Numbered from the stretch's first letter, positions 10,070 to 21,056 are shown. The stretch is 64,000 nucleotides of DNA from Chromatiales bacterium (GCA_020445565.1 JAGRGI010000032.1:13294-77293), one strand, 5' to 3'. The notes: generated by a model not told the origin, from the letters alone. Made by a program: numbers and translations.

Positions 10070-11068
10070 TTGGCTATGACAATCGCAGGACACGATCCAG
10101 CAAACCTTGAGGCCATCAGGTCTCCGGTTGCCAACGATATGCTGGCCGTGGATCGTCTGATTCGCTCCCAACTCGCTTCCGATGTCGTATTGATCAACCA
10201 GATCGGAGAATATATCGTCGGTTCCGGCGGCAAACGCCTGCGCCCGCTGGTCGTGGTTCTGAGCGGCCGCGCCCTGGGCCATCAAGGAACCCGCCACCAT
10301 GAACTGGCCGCCATCATTGAGTTCATCCACACGGCAACACTGCTGCATGACGACGTGGTGGACGAGTCCAGCCTGCGCCGGGGCAACGAAACGGCCAATG
10401 CCGTATGGGGCAATGCTGCCAGCGTGCTGGTGGGGGATTTCCTCTACTCACGGTCGTTCGAAATGATGGCGGCTATCCAAAACATGCGCATCATGGACAT
10501 CATGTCCCACACCACCAACCGCATCGCGGAAGGCGAGGTGTTGCAACTGTTGAACTGCCACGACGCAAATACGGACGAAGCGCGCTATCTGGAAGTGATC
10601 CACCGCAAAACGGCGACCCTCTTCGAGGCAGGCTGCCGCATTGCCGCGGTAGTGTCCGACGCGGGCAGCGACCTGGAAGAAGCCATGTCCGCCTACGGCC
10701 TGCACATGGGTACAGCCTTCCAATTGGTGGACGACGTACTGGACTACAGCGCCGACCCGGCGGAACTGGGCAAGAACGTCGGAGACGATCTGGCGGAAGG
10801 CAAGCCCACCCTGCCACTGATACGCGCGTTGCAACAGGCCGACTCGCAGCAGGCCACGATGATCCGTGCCGCCATCGAAGGTGAAGGGGCAAAACACATC
10901 GACGAGATCGTAAAAGTCATTGAAACCACCGACGCGATCCCGTACACTCGCCGACTTGCTGAGGTTGAGGCAGAAAAGGCCCGATCCGCACTCGAGGCGC
11001 TACCCGAATCGCCTTTCAAAACGTCACTCATAGGCTTGGCATCGTTTGCCGTGGCCCGGTCTTATTAA
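10070..11068 (+). CDS. ispB: octaprenyl-diphosphate synthase
   Basis: trans-Polyprenyl synthase with both DDxxD motifs (LLHDDVVDES and FQLVDDVLD). Length of 332 aa is typical of IspB. Confidence 0.9.
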   Translation: MAMTIAGHDPANLEAIRSPVANDMLAVDRLIRSQLASDVVLINQIGEYIVGSGGKRLRPLVVVLSGRALGHQGTRHHELAAIIEFIHTATLLHDDVVDESSLRRGNETANAVWGNAASVLVGDFLYSRSFEMMAAIQNMRIMDIMSHTTNRIAEGEVLQLLNCHDANTDEARYLEVIHRKTATLFEAGCRIAAVVSDAGSDLEEAMSAYGLHMGTAFQLVDDVLDYSADPAELGKNVGDDLAEGKPTLPLIRALQQADSQQATMIRAAIEGEGAKHIDEIVKVIETTDAIPYTRRLAEVEAEKARSALEALPESPFKTSLIGLASFAVARSY

Positions 11069-11147
<79 letters not shown>

Positions 11148-11339
11148 ACTTTCCTTTCCCTAAAAGCACTTATTTCATATCGCGTCGAGAATACGATTCG
11201 ATGCGAATGCCCACAGCGGTTGTTTGCCGTTGTGGCTTAGCCGTGCCTTCCTTGGCAAGGCGTACCCTTCCTACGATCTTCCGCTACCATCGGCCCGGTG
11301 GCTGGAGCACCGGGAGCTCAGAGGCAGCCTCCACTTTGT

Positions 11340-12275
11340 CTATTCTTCCGACTTTCGCTCGTCTTCCCGTCGCTCAAGCAATCTTCGCATTGCATCCACA
11401 TCATAAGCGACCTCATTGGATTCAATGACTTCACGCAAGAAAGAGGCTTTCTGAGTCTTCTTGATCACCCCCATGTTCTCAACAATGAGTGCGTCCTTGA
11501 TGTCCTCAAAGTCAATTTTCCTGGGTTCACGCCGACTGTGAAACTGAAGAATGTGGAAACCAAATTCACTTTCCACCAATCCACTGATTTCGCCGCTGGT
11601 TTGCATGGCGAATGCCGCATCCTCAAAGGGCTTGACGAATTTTCCTCGCGCAGTCATCCCCAAACTTCCGCCGCGAATCGCACTCCCACGGTCTTCGGAA
11701 TACTCCCTTGCCAGCGCCGCAAAGGAACCGGGATCGGCCTTGACCTTCTCAAGGACTTCTTCGGCCCTGGCCTTTGCCTCCTCTCGGGTACGGCCGTCCG
11801 ATTTGATCAAGACATGAGACACATCCACCGCCTCAGGTATGTCGTAACGGTTCTTGTTCGCGATGTAGATCTCACGCGCCAAAATCTCTGCCGTCTTCGG
11901 ATCGCTATCTGAGATGTGATCATTGATTACGGCATTTGCAAGAACATGCTCGACCGCCAGCCCTATGCGGGCCTGAACCTCTGGATCGTTCTCCAGCCCC
12001 TTTTCCCTTGCCATGCGGGCCAATATCCGGTCCAACATCATTTCTTCCGCCAAGAGATTCAAGGTTTGCAAATCCGGATCGCGGCTATGAAATTTCTGCG
12101 CCTGAATGTCATCAATCTTTGTGTTCAGGTCTGATGTCGTGAGCGTCAAACCTTTCGACGTAGCCACAACTTTATCGCCAACTTGTGATCCGCCTGACTC
12201 CACGTCCTCTGCGTAGACGGGTTGTAGCGATGCCAGCATTGCCACGGAAACACACCCTAGTACCAGTTTCTTCAT
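11340..12275 (-). CDS. periplasmic peptidyl-prolyl cis-trans isomerase (parvulin/PpiC-SurA-like)
   Basis: Signal peptide, a SurA-like N-terminal chaperone region, and a parvulin domain (SHVLIKSD ... GSLGMTARGKFVKPFEDAAF ... GFHILQF). Confidence 0.75.
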   Translation of the reverse strand: MKKLVLGCVSVAMLASLQPVYAEDVESGGSQVGDKVVATSKGLTLTTSDLNTKIDDIQAQKFHSRDPDLQTLNLLAEEMMLDRILARMAREKGLENDPEVQARIGLAVEHVLANAVINDHISDSDPKTAEILAREIYIANKNRYDIPEAVDVSHVLIKSDGRTREEAKARAEEVLEKVKADPGSFAALAREYSEDRGSAIRGGSLGMTARGKFVKPFEDAAFAMQTSGEISGLVESEFGFHILQFHSRREPRKIDFEDIKDALIVENMGVIKKTQKASFLREVIESNEVAYDVDAMRRLLERREDERKSEE

Positions 12276-12389
12276 TGCAAACTTTCACTCATCAAGGTTG
12301 ATTGGATGAAACGGTATAACCGCTTGAATAGTAGACCGCTAACGCAAAGATATGGTGCCCACCAAGGTCAGCGCAACTCAAGTATGTGG

Positions 12390-13652
12390 CTAACGCCCGG
12401 TCCGGCGCCGGTGTGCGAAATCGATAAAGGGTTTCTCAATCCACGAATAAGTAAACAAGCTGACGGCAAAGGCCAAGATCGCTGTCAGCAATACACCGAG
12501 CAGTATCCAGCCAACGAGAAGATCGGCTGACGGACGGACAAGCGAACCCATATGGGAAAAAATCGCCGCCAACAGCGGAATGTGGACGAGGTACATGGAA
12601 TAGGAAACCCTTGCTATGGGAACCAAGGAGCGCGCCAACAGGATGTTTCGTAAATAGCGGACCCCGCTGGCTCCCGCAAGGACGTACCACAGCAGGATTG
12701 CCGCACCTAAAGAGAACAGATTGCGCCCAAATGCCAATACCAACAACCGAGTCGTGTCGGACAGATCCGTGTAGAAAAAAGAAGTATTCGATTGATAGGG
12801 AAGCCACATCCAAGAGACGATCAAGGCCATCGCAAACAGGATTGCCGCAGAGTCGCGGAACGAGGCACTCCTCTCGGCCTTTTCATTATCCTCATGGCGT
12901 GCAACCAAAACACCCAATGCGATTCCCAGCAGTATCGGTCCCGCCCTGGTCCACAAATTGACGTATAGCTCATTGAACCACCCCCCCAGGCCCGGCTCGC
13001 GCGCAAGAAAGAGCTCATGGAACGGCGTCAGATAAAGTGATGGGTTTCCTGCAAGTATCCAAAGTTTAAGAAACCCCGTCAGGAGAAACAGGCTGCCAAG
13101 AACAAAATAGGGTATCCAACCGGGTCGGATCAGCACCGGCAACAGCAGTGGAAGCAAGGCGTAATATTGCATTTCAACAGCAATCGACCATGTCCACGGG
13201 AGATATTGCTGTTCTGCTGGCAGGAAGTTGTTCACGAAAAGCAGGTTCGCCCACGCAGACTCATGGTTAGCCCAACCCAGCGCCACTCCCAACGCTATCA
13301 AAGCAAAATAGGCAGGGACGATTCGAAACACTCGCCGGCGATAAAAATTCAAAATGGATACAGACCCGGAGTTTGCCCACTCCCTCAGCAGGATACGGGT
13401 AAGCAGAAGCCCGGAAAGTATAAAGAAGAGATCCACGCCGGCATCTCCATGCCAGAAGAAGCTGCCAAACCGTTCAGTGCGCTCAATCAGCAGTGACTGC
13501 AAATTCGCGTCGAGCCAGGATCGTCCGAGAAAAAATCCATGAAAAAGGATTACCAAGAGAACGGCAATTGCACGCAATCCATCAAGGGCAGGCAGCGCAA
13601 ACCCGGCCGCCGAGAAGACACCTTGAATGCGACCCATCCTGTTCTGTGCCAT
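12390..13652 (-). CDS. acyltransferase 3 (OafA/YrhL-like) family integral membrane acyltransferase
   Basis: 420 aa with about 10 TM helices. N-terminal motif ALDGLRAIAVLLVILFHG is typical of acyltransferase family 3. Confidence 0.8.
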   Translation of the reverse strand: MAQNRMGRIQGVFSAAGFALPALDGLRAIAVLLVILFHGFFLGRSWLDANLQSLLIERTERFGSFFWHGDAGVDLFFILSGLLLTRILLREWANSGSVSILNFYRRRVFRIVPAYFALIALGVALGWANHESAWANLLFVNNFLPAEQQYLPWTWSIAVEMQYYALLPLLLPVLIRPGWIPYFVLGSLFLLTGFLKLWILAGNPSLYLTPFHELFLAREPGLGGWFNELYVNLWTRAGPILLGIALGVLVARHEDNEKAERSASFRDSAAILFAMALIVSWMWLPYQSNTSFFYTDLSDTTRLLVLAFGRNLFSLGAAILLWYVLAGASGVRYLRNILLARSLVPIARVSYSMYLVHIPLLAAIFSHMGSLVRPSADLLVGWILLGVLLTAILAFAVSLFTYSWIEKPFIDFAHRRRTGR

Positions 13653-13661
13653 TTCGAGATC

Positions 13662-13696
13662 ATAAAAAAGCTACGGGGGCCGATTGGCCCCCGTAA
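13662..13696 (-). terminator. Rho-independent terminator downstream of the secreted-protein gene
   Basis: Perfect 9-bp GC stem (ACGGGGGCC / GGCCCCCGT) with a 4-nt loop, followed on the minus strand by a TTTTTTA run. Confidence 0.55.
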
Positions 13697-13764
13697 CACA
13701 ACGCTGAGTAGTGTCAGCTAACCGGGGACGTTGTTAGGCAACGTTCCCGGTAGGTCCGCAATCC

Positions 13765-15510
13765 TTACGGAGCCACACTCCGGATCAGACGATGACCGAA
13801 GGCACCACCCTTCTGAGTACCGGAACCTTCACCCACGAAGGACGCACCAACCGCCGGCAGACCGAAGAAGTCAACACCGTCAGCAGAGCTGATGCTGTAG
13901 TTGCTGACATCCATGTTCAACCAACCATCGGCGAAGGACAGCGGGAAGTCGCCACGAACGGCGCTGGAACCAGCGATCCGGGACGGAGAAGTGCCGGAAT
14001 CGTTGATAACAGCGACGTTGACTTCGTAGCACAGAGAGATGCTGTCAGGACCAACGCCCGGAGAGAAGCCCACGCCGGAGGGGTTGTCGGTGCCTTCTTC
14101 ACGGCTGTACACGGTCAGACCGCTGAGCTGCTCACAGCTCTGGCCGCTGGCCAGACGCTCTTCCACAGTGAACGGAGGATCGGCACGGTCGACGGAAGCG
14201 GCGGCCGCATCCAGATCGGTCTCACGAATACCAACGTGCAGGTACTGGGTGGCGAAGGTAACCAGCCACTCGGTGTTGAACGGAGAGGTCGTGATGTAGT
14301 CGTTCTGGATCTGCGCGGCAGACAGAGCGGCGGTCACGGCATCACGCTTGTCGCTGGAAGCGAAACGGGTCAGGTCGGGAGCGCCATCACCGTCGGCGTC
14401 GCCAGGAACGGTACCGGCAACCGGGCTGTCAACCGTATCGAACGAACCGGAAACCGCCGTGGGGGTGATGCCGTTGCCTTCGACGAGGACCTGGGCAATG
14501 GGGTCACCACCGCCAAGCACGCCGACGCCGTCACCAGTGGTGGCATTGGCTTCGATGCTGTCCGGGGTACTCAGGTCGGGCAGATCGAAGAACAGGGTGC
14601 CGGTGGTGACAACACCGGTGCGGACGTCCGGGTCGGCAGTGGCATAGTGCACTTCTTCAACGCCGTTGGGATCGGTGCCGGACAGGGTCGGGGTAGGACC
14701 ACCAGCGGTGTAGAAGTTGGCGAAGGTGTTGAACTTCTGCGGGAACCAGATCGGGGTGCCGGCGAAGTTGTTCAGAGCGGTCGCGTTGTAAGGCAGGAAC
14801 ACGCCATTGTCAGCGTTGAAAACAGCCGCCTGGCCGTAGACACCGCCGGTGGGCTCGTTGAAGCGCTGAGACACACCACCCAGGGTCAGGTTCAGGCCGG
14901 AAACGATGGCGCCATTGGCCGCGTTGGTGAACGTGGTGGCAGTGGCGCAGTTAGCCGGAACACCGTTGGTGTGGGTGATGGCAGCCGCCAACTGGTTGTT
15001 GGTGTCGGCAGCATCGACGAAGTCGGTGTCAGCGTTGTTGTCAACGGTGTTGGTGGACAGGGTGGCCATCTCGATGATCTCGATGTGACCTTCCTGCATA
15101 CGAGCCAGCTTGGAGGTACGGGTGTAGCCGTCCAGGATGCGCTGATCGGTGAACACGGCAGCCGGGTTGTTCTGCACGGTGGGCACGGTGCAGGAGTTGT
15201 CAGCGGTGAACACAGCGATGTTGCTGCCGCTGGTGGAGATGGCCGCATTCCAGGTATCGAAGGGCGACAGGTAGAGGGTGAAGTCGAATACGTCTTCGGA
15301 ACCCACGCCTTCGCGGAAGCGAACCTTCAGCACCTTGGCGGTGTTGGTGGTGTTGGTGAGGGCCAGGAAGGTGACGTTGGAGCCGTTCACGTTGTAGTAC
15401 GGATACAGCAGAACCTCACCGGTGCCTTCACCGCTGACGTTGATGGCCTGAGCCATCGGCGCCGCCAGTACGGAGGCCACGGCGGAAGCCAGTAGGGCTT
15501 TCTTCATTTT
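13765..15510 (-). CDS. large acidic secreted protein of unknown function (candidate T2SS substrate)
   Basis: Start at MKMKKALLASAVASVLAAPMAQA, a Sec signal peptide with an AxA site. The roughly 560-aa mature protein is rich in Asp/Thr/Gly/Asn and carries a DADGDGAPD Ca-binding-like loop. Last gene of the co-oriented T2SS block, closed by a terminator. Confidence 0.6.
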   Translation of the reverse strand, partial: KMKKALLASAVASVLAAPMAQAINVSGEGTGEVLLYPYYNVNGSNVTFLALTNTTNTAKVLKVRFREGVGSEDVFDFTLYLSPFDTWNAAISTSGSNIAVFTADNSCTVPTVQNNPAAVFTDQRILDGYTRTSKLARMQEGHIEIIEMATLSTNTVDNNADTDFVDAADTNNQLAAAITHTNGVPANCATATTFTNAANGAIVSGLNLTLGGVSQRFNEPTGGVYGQAAVFNADNGVFLPYNATALNNFAGTPIWFPQKFNTFANFYTAGGPTPTLSGTDPNGVEEVHYATADPDVRTGVVTTGTLFFDLPDLSTPDSIEANATTGDGVGVLGGGDPIAQVLVEGNGITPTAVSGSFDTVDSPVAGTVPGDADGDGAPDLTRFASSDKRDAVTAALSAAQIQNDYITTSPFNTEWLVTFATQYLHVGIRETDLDAAAASVDRADPPFTVEERLASGQSCEQLSGLTVYSREEGTDNPSGVGFSPGVGPDSISLCYEVNVAVINDSGTSPSRIAGSSAVRGDFPLSFADGWLNMDVSNYSISSADGVDFFGLPAVGASFVGEGSGTQKGGAFGHRLIRSVAP

Positions 15511-15742
15511 CATTACACGCTCCTTAACAGCGATATATGTTGTCGACAACTCTGCACTTATGCCAGAAATCGGTTTGATCAGACCTTATTCTAGCGCAGA
15601 TCTTTTTCCACGCGCAATCCCGTGGAGTTTCTCTTTACCGGCTGCAAAATGTAGCATTCACCACACCTTACAGCCGACTTCTTAGGTAAATCGGAGCAGC
15701 CAATGCTACTGCCGGCCATGCTATGCTGGAGCCCTCGATCAA

Positions 15743-16219
15743 TCAGTTCGGGAGCACCAACCACCAGTCCCCATCGGACAGTATCCATTTGTCCTGACTT
15801 TGCTTCTTTCCATCGAAAGGCGGAAACGGCGGCCGACCAGAGAACCGATATGCGGCTTCCAAATCGACAGCACAAACCTCGTCTTCGCAGCTTATCCCGC
15901 TGATCTTCCAGGACTTCCACTGAGTTTGGCCTTCAAACCGGCGAGCAAACGCACGCTCGCTCACCAATGTTTTAGAGCCTGCCGAAAGAAAACCGTAGGC
16001 TGCGGCGTAGTCACCTTCGACCATCGCCTGCCAGTAGCCGGAAGCTCTTTCGCGCACTTTGTCGGCTGCATCCCCAGTTTCTGAACCCGCCAGACTGACG
16101 CCAGTGAAAAACGCAAGCAATGCGAAAAGAGCCACCCCCCCGCCAACTCGGGCCAGGGTTTGTCTCCCAACAAGTCTTGCCCTTGCACTGTTCACATTCA
16201 TTCGCAGCCTGACTGCCAT
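15743..16219 (-). CDS. hypothetical exported/membrane-anchored protein downstream of gspD
   Basis: ORF with an N-terminal hydrophobic segment (VALFALLAFFTGVSLAG) and a soluble domain with two Cys residues. Start chosen at MAVRLR. No Cys lipobox, so not a GspS-type pilotin. Confidence 0.4.
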   Translation of the reverse strand: MAVRLRMNVNSARARLVGRQTLARVGGGVALFALLAFFTGVSLAGSETGDAADKVRERASGYWQAMVEGDYAAAYGFLSAGSKTLVSERAFARRFEGQTQWKSWKISGISCEDEVCAVDLEAAYRFSGRPPFPPFDGKKQSQDKWILSDGDWWLVLPN

Positions 16220-16499
16220 TTGCCGATTTCGAGACACTATAGCACCTTCAATACAAAAAAACAACACTGTGTCTTTTAGGCTACGCCAGATGCGAAATAG
16301 TTCCCGCCCACACAAAATTCGCCACTCGGCCGAGCAAATATCACTGACATCGCAGCTTGGCCGGCTGTTGCAGCCAATGCAACAAAAGGGGCAGGCAACC
16401 AAAAATGCGACATTTTTACAACATTCGCAATTTCCCTGGGGCGCGGCGTTCCGGGCCTACGTCCCGCCGCAAGGCTTGGAGCCAACACCAGGACTGACA

Positions 16500-18734
16500 T
16501 CATTGCGCCCGCACCGCGGCTGGTGTTCGGACCCCACCCAATCGACCTGGGATATCGATCTCAGCCGAAAGATTTCGCATTCTCAAGCGCATTTCTTCCC
16601 CGGCTTTTTGGGCGTCCTGGCGATTGCTGATGGCACGAGGTGTAATGAGCACCAGCAATTCGGTTCGCGTACTCTGATCATCCACACCACCGAATAGAGG
16701 GCCAACCAAAGGTAGCTTATGCAACACGGGTAATCCGCTATTGGCGCGCGTGCTGTTGTCCAAGATCAACCCGCCGAGGATGATCGTCTCGCCACTGTTT
16801 ACAGCAACAGAGCTTTTGATGCGGCGCTGGAGGAAGGTTCGCTGGCCGGTGGCGGAATCGACGGCACCTACATCGGTAACTTCCTGATCGATCTCCATAT
16901 TAACCAAACCGTTAGCGTTCACTCTAGGCGTTACCGCCAGGGTGACGCCGGTGTCACGGTACTGGATGCTCGTGCTCTGGGTGCCGCCATCGGTAGTTGT
17001 AGTGCCCGTCTGCACCGGCTGTTGATTGCCAACCCGGATTTCAGCGGTACGGTTGTCCAGCACCAGCACAGACGGAGACGATAGAACACGAAGTCGAGAA
17101 TCTTTGGCAAAAGCGTTCAATGCTACCCTCACGAGACCACTCGCATCGGTCAGGGTGTAAGAGAATCCCGGTATATTGGCAGCCAGACCACTGCCGGCGT
17201 CCAGATCAAGCAACCCATTGCCTTGGTAGTCACTGATCGAATTCTTGAAGAACCACTGTAGACCATATTGCAGATTATCGGTAAGGGTCACTTCAATGAT
17301 CGACGCTTCCACCAATACCTGCATGGGGGTGACGTCGAGTCTTTCCAGCGCAGCTTCGATACGTTGGTAGTCCGCCGCACTGGCCATGATGAGCAACGAA
17401 TTGTTGCGCTCATCGGCAACGATTTGCACCGGACCGGTGGTCACCACCCCATCGCCCTTGACCTTGATCGCCGCGCTTGACTGGTCGGCACTGGCGGCCG
17501 GATTCGTGGAGGATGTAGCACCGCCACTGCTGCCCGACGACAAGGTTCGCAACTGCCGCCCCGGAGCTACTTCGGCAGAGGCCGTCTGCGCCGACGACGT
17601 CTCCCCCGTGATCAATTGTTTCAGCATATTGGCCAGATAGACGGCTTCGGAATTCTGCACCGGATAGACATAGAATCGGGTTTCACGTCCCTCCCCTGCC
17701 CTATCCAAGCGCTCTACCCACTTTCCGACCTCATCCAAGAGATATTTCCGTGGCGTGACCACCATGATGCTGCTCAGCTGCTTCAACGGGATAATCCTGG
17801 CCATGCCTTGCAGCGGCCCCTCAGCTTCAATCCCCAAAACCTCGGTGAGGGCGCCGGCAACCACGCTGGGATCCCCCTGATGAAGCTCGAACATCCCCAC
17901 CGACATGCCTTTGAGCCAATCCACGTCAAAGGTGGAGACTACGGATAAGAGGTTGCCCAGCTCTGCACGGGTGCCACTCAAAATCAGCAGATTGCGATTG
18001 CCATCCACACGTACGAAGGTATTCTCCGCGGCCAGCGGCTTGAGAATTTTTTCCATTTCCGCCGCACCGATGTACCGCAGAGGCACGATTCTCAAACCAA
18101 AGCCAGGCGGCAGTTCGTCACTGGCGCCGAGGTTGGAAAAATCCAGGTTCCGGCTCTTGATGGCGCCACGGGGAGCCACACGGTAGAGCCCATCGGTCCC
18201 GCGAGTCACTACGGCACCCTTCGCCTCCAGCATGGACTCCAATATGGGAATCAAGTCCTCGCGCGCTACCGGCTGCGAGGTTCGCAGTGTCACTTCACCC
18301 TTCACCGCCGCATCGACTTGATAGGGTACCCCCAGGAAGTCGCCCAGGATGGTCCCCGCCGCCTGGGCGACCGGAACCGAATCGAAATCCAGGTTGATGG
18401 TCCCGTTGGTGGACGAGCTGCTGTTGCGGGCTTTCTGTGACGTTGCCAGAAATCGATCACTGCCCGGATACAGTTCGACATTTCGCGGTGACGGTCCTGA
18501 CGCTGGTTCCGCAATTGCCGACAGTTCAACCTCGGGCGCCATCGCCGACTTGGGGGCATCAGCGTAGATCTCGGGAAGATCGGGTTGTTCCTCAAGCCGA
18601 AGTGGGCTGTCAGCCTGCTTCTCGGTCATGGTCTGGCAGGCACCAACAGGCAGCGCCAGCAGCGCCACAAGGAGACCTCGAGACAGGAAACTCCCGGAAA
18701 GTGCCATACTCATTGAACTGACGGACCCATACAT
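16500..18734 (-). CDS. gspD: type II secretion system secretin GspD
   Basis: 744 aa with a signal peptide, N0-N3 domains and a C-terminal secretin domain (...VLITPRAIS). Last gene of the E-to-D array. Confidence 0.9.
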   Translation of the reverse strand: MYGSVSSMSMALSGSFLSRGLLVALLALPVGACQTMTEKQADSPLRLEEQPDLPEIYADAPKSAMAPEVELSAIAEPASGPSPRNVELYPGSDRFLATSQKARNSSSSTNGTINLDFDSVPVAQAAGTILGDFLGVPYQVDAAVKGEVTLRTSQPVAREDLIPILESMLEAKGAVVTRGTDGLYRVAPRGAIKSRNLDFSNLGASDELPPGFGLRIVPLRYIGAAEMEKILKPLAAENTFVRVDGNRNLLILSGTRAELGNLLSVVSTFDVDWLKGMSVGMFELHQGDPSVVAGALTEVLGIEAEGPLQGMARIIPLKQLSSIMVVTPRKYLLDEVGKWVERLDRAGEGRETRFYVYPVQNSEAVYLANMLKQLITGETSSAQTASAEVAPGRQLRTLSSGSSGGATSSTNPAASADQSSAAIKVKGDGVVTTGPVQIVADERNNSLLIMASAADYQRIEAALERLDVTPMQVLVEASIIEVTLTDNLQYGLQWFFKNSISDYQGNGLLDLDAGSGLAANIPGFSYTLTDASGLVRVALNAFAKDSRLRVLSSPSVLVLDNRTAEIRVGNQQPVQTGTTTTDGGTQSTSIQYRDTGVTLAVTPRVNANGLVNMEIDQEVTDVGAVDSATGQRTFLQRRIKSSVAVNSGETIILGGLILDNSTRANSGLPVLHKLPLVGPLFGGVDDQSTRTELLVLITPRAISNRQDAQKAGEEMRLRMRNLSAEIDIPGRLGGVRTPAAVRAQ

Positions 18735-18869
18735 TAGCAGACCACGGGCAGGAAGATTAACATATTATTATTTATTTATAAATGAGGTGGGGTGATGTGC
18801 GGGCGGACAACCACCGGTTTTTGTTGATACATACCCTGTCATATCCAGGCAATCGTGGGGCCGGCGGCC

Positions 18870-19364
18870 TCATTGCGGGTCTTTTCGGTACGGCAAGACC
18901 TCAACGTCTCCGTCTTTACGCAACGTCACCTCATGTGCCTTGACATCTGTAACCTTCCAGCCTTGAAACTCTTCGTTCAAATGGACTGCGCCAGAGTTCC
19001 CCCGCGAATCAACAAGAAAAACCACTTGCTGATCGCCTGACAATGCAATCCCGCTAACCTTGAAACTCAGCTTTTCCGACGGTTCGGCCTTTCCCACGAC
19101 CGGCTTCACCGATGGCGGAGGGATGATAGGGCGACGAGAGGCCCAGAACAGTGGTCTTTGCGCAAACTGCCGACCGGCCTGGTCTTCGATACTCGGAAGG
19201 ACCGGCATGGCCAACGGCAGCGGATCGACGGACCTCGGCATGGTGAGTCGCAGAGGCTGCCGATAGTCCGACCAGACTGCATTGGCCAGTACGGCAAACA
19301 AGCCAACGAGCATTAGCATAGCCAATACAAAGCGCAATGTAAGAGAATCACTCATGTTGTGCAT
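18870..19364 (-). CDS. T2SS GspN/GspC-like (XpsN-like) inner-membrane component
   Basis: Single TM (LRFVLAMLMLVGLFAVLANAVW) plus a periplasmic domain. Sits between gspM and gspD exactly as in Xanthomonas xpsEFGHIJKLMND. Start moved to the ATG that overlaps the gspM stop. Confidence 0.5.
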   Translation of the reverse strand: MHNMSDSLTLRFVLAMLMLVGLFAVLANAVWSDYRQPLRLTMPRSVDPLPLAMPVLPSIEDQAGRQFAQRPLFWASRRPIIPPPSVKPVVGKAEPSEKLSFKVSGIALSGDQQVVFLVDSRGNSGAVHLNEEFQGWKVTDVKAHEVTLRKDGDVEVLPYRKDPQ

Positions 19365-19929
19365 CGTGGTAGGCAGCCAATCCGAGTGCGACATTGAGTT
19401 CGGGGTTAAGTTCCACCCCGGTTTTGGTTTTACGGATCGGTCTGGCGTCGATCGCCAACTGCACGACAAACAGCATTGGACGGTTGCGCTGAAGTCGATC
19501 CAACATCGCACGCAGCTGATTCACTGTTGCCGACAGGGTAGCATCCACCACTATCAGGGTTGGCGATCCTTCGGTGTCTTCAACAATTCTCTCACTGCTG
19601 CGCAGGAGGTTGGTTCCCGCGTCGCTGGCCACGGAACGCAAAAGTCCCTGCAACTCGGTAGCAACCTGCGTTGGCGATTTGTCGCTGAAGTACAAGTCTT
19701 GTTCATGGGTTGTCTTGAGCACCTCGACAGCCCTGGAAAGCTCGGCTTGGGTTCGCAGTAATCCTTGATAGCGATCGATCTGGCCGGTTATGCGTTCGAT
19801 ATCCGTATCCAAATCCAGGGATTGGCGCTGCAGGGGCTCAACCACGGCGAGATAGGCCAATATTCCTATCACCAGGAATAGCAGTAGAGCTGCCAGGCAC
19901 CGCAACGGTTTTCGGGAGGAGTCGCTCAT
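19348..19929 (-). CDS. gspM: type II secretion system protein GspM
   Basis: 193 aa with a single N-terminal TM and a periplasmic domain. Start ATGA-overlaps the gspL stop. Confidence 0.7.
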   Translation of the reverse strand: MSDSSRKPLRCLAALLLFLVIGILAYLAVVEPLQRQSLDLDTDIERITGQIDRYQGLLRTQAELSRAVEVLKTTHEQDLYFSDKSPTQVATELQGLLRSVASDAGTNLLRSSERIVEDTEGSPTLIVVDATLSATVNQLRAMLDRLQRNRPMLFVVQLAIDARPIRKTKTGVELNPELNVALGLAAYHDAQHE

Positions 19930-20996
19930 TTGTGCGTTCCGTTCGCAACAGTCAACGATATCTGAAAAATATCGGTCCCAACCCTGGCGTTGCGTGTGAG
20001 CGGAGCAACAAAGGCGACCTGATCAAACTCATCGCCTTTTTCCAGGATGCCAATCAGCGATACCGCCTCGGTTGACTCTCCCCTGAGGGTGACTTTGGCA
20101 TCGCGCATCTCGAACCGCTGGATCCAGGTATGGTCGGGCAACTTCTCGGTCAAGCTATCGAGAACGCCGAGCGGTGCCGGCCAACGCTCCTGTTGCTTCA
20201 GGAGAAAGGAAACGGACTCGGCCAAGACATCGTACTGATCACGCAAGGTGAGTACAGGCAGCGCTTCGCGCTTCACAGCCAACAGCTTTTGCTCCAGCCG
20301 ATCGAGCATCTGGTGCTTTTTGATCAGCGGTACGACGGGAAGCGCCAGTGCAGTCAGTATCACCAGCCCCAGCATCGCCAGGAGCAACTTTGCGTGCCAA
20401 CTGTTGCCGGTCTGGCGTTGGGAGCCACGGAGGTAATCGAACTCCTCGTCATGGGCCGGCCGGATCGACACAACACTTCCGTCCCAATGCCGCTCAATAC
20501 GCTCTATCCATTCTGCGGCGACAGCACGGGGTACGACGGACAGGCGGACACGCAGTCGTTCCTCACTGTCGGCGCTTTCGATTCGACAGTCGAACCACGC
20601 CTGATCCTGGTTAAAGGGCGTCTCCCTGCCGAGCTGGTAGGCCAGGACCTTGCGCAAATTGGACCGCGTCTCCTTTGGAAGCTGCACTCGCTTTTCGATA
20701 GCGGCCGCAGAGGGCAGCAACAGCTCATATCGCCTTCCAACCCGGATAGCGGCTCGACGGATGCCTTCGGCCAATCCCTCGCCGGTGCCAATTGTTGCAG
20801 CTTGGCCGATCACACGGCGCTTCTTGCCGCGCACCAGATAGGCCGTCACGCGTCCCGACTGGGATAAATCGATCAGTACCCGGCCTTTCTCAGGCGTGAA
20901 CCAATTTTGCAGCGCTGCGGGTATGCAATACCGAATTCCGGTGAACCACTGGAGCAGACTTGCATTGCCAGCCGTGCCACTTCGAACCAAGGCCAT
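19926..20996 (-). CDS. gspL: type II secretion system protein GspL
   Basis: 356 aa with a cytoplasmic actin-like domain, one TM (LLLAMLGLVILTALALPVV) and a periplasmic domain. Position between gspK and gspM. Confidence 0.75.
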   Translation of the reverse strand: MALVRSGTAGNASLLQWFTGIRYCIPAALQNWFTPEKGRVLIDLSQSGRVTAYLVRGKKRRVIGQAATIGTGEGLAEGIRRAAIRVGRRYELLLPSAAAIEKRVQLPKETRSNLRKVLAYQLGRETPFNQDQAWFDCRIESADSEERLRVRLSVVPRAVAAEWIERIERHWDGSVVSIRPAHDEEFDYLRGSQRQTGNSWHAKLLLAMLGLVILTALALPVVPLIKKHQMLDRLEQKLLAVKREALPVLTLRDQYDVLAESVSFLLKQQERWPAPLGVLDSLTEKLPDHTWIQRFEMRDAKVTLRGESTEAVSLIGILEKGDEFDQVAFVAPLTRNARVGTDIFQISLTVANGTHK

Positions 20997-21056
20997 TCAG
21001 CTTCCCTCGCCCCAACAGGCTGTTGTCGTGAAACCCTCGCCAGAAAACTGCACCGT

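Noticed and set aside
13792-15495. 567-aa plus-strand ORF
   Set aside because: Fully antisense to the secreted-protein gene. Gly/Arg/Val-rich low-complexity translation typical of a high-GC antisense frame, with no start context or motifs.
15743-16219. T2SS pilotin (GspS/OutS-like) identity for the small protein after gspD
   Set aside because: It has no Cys lipobox and no recognisable pilotin motif, so it is kept as a hypothetical exported protein.
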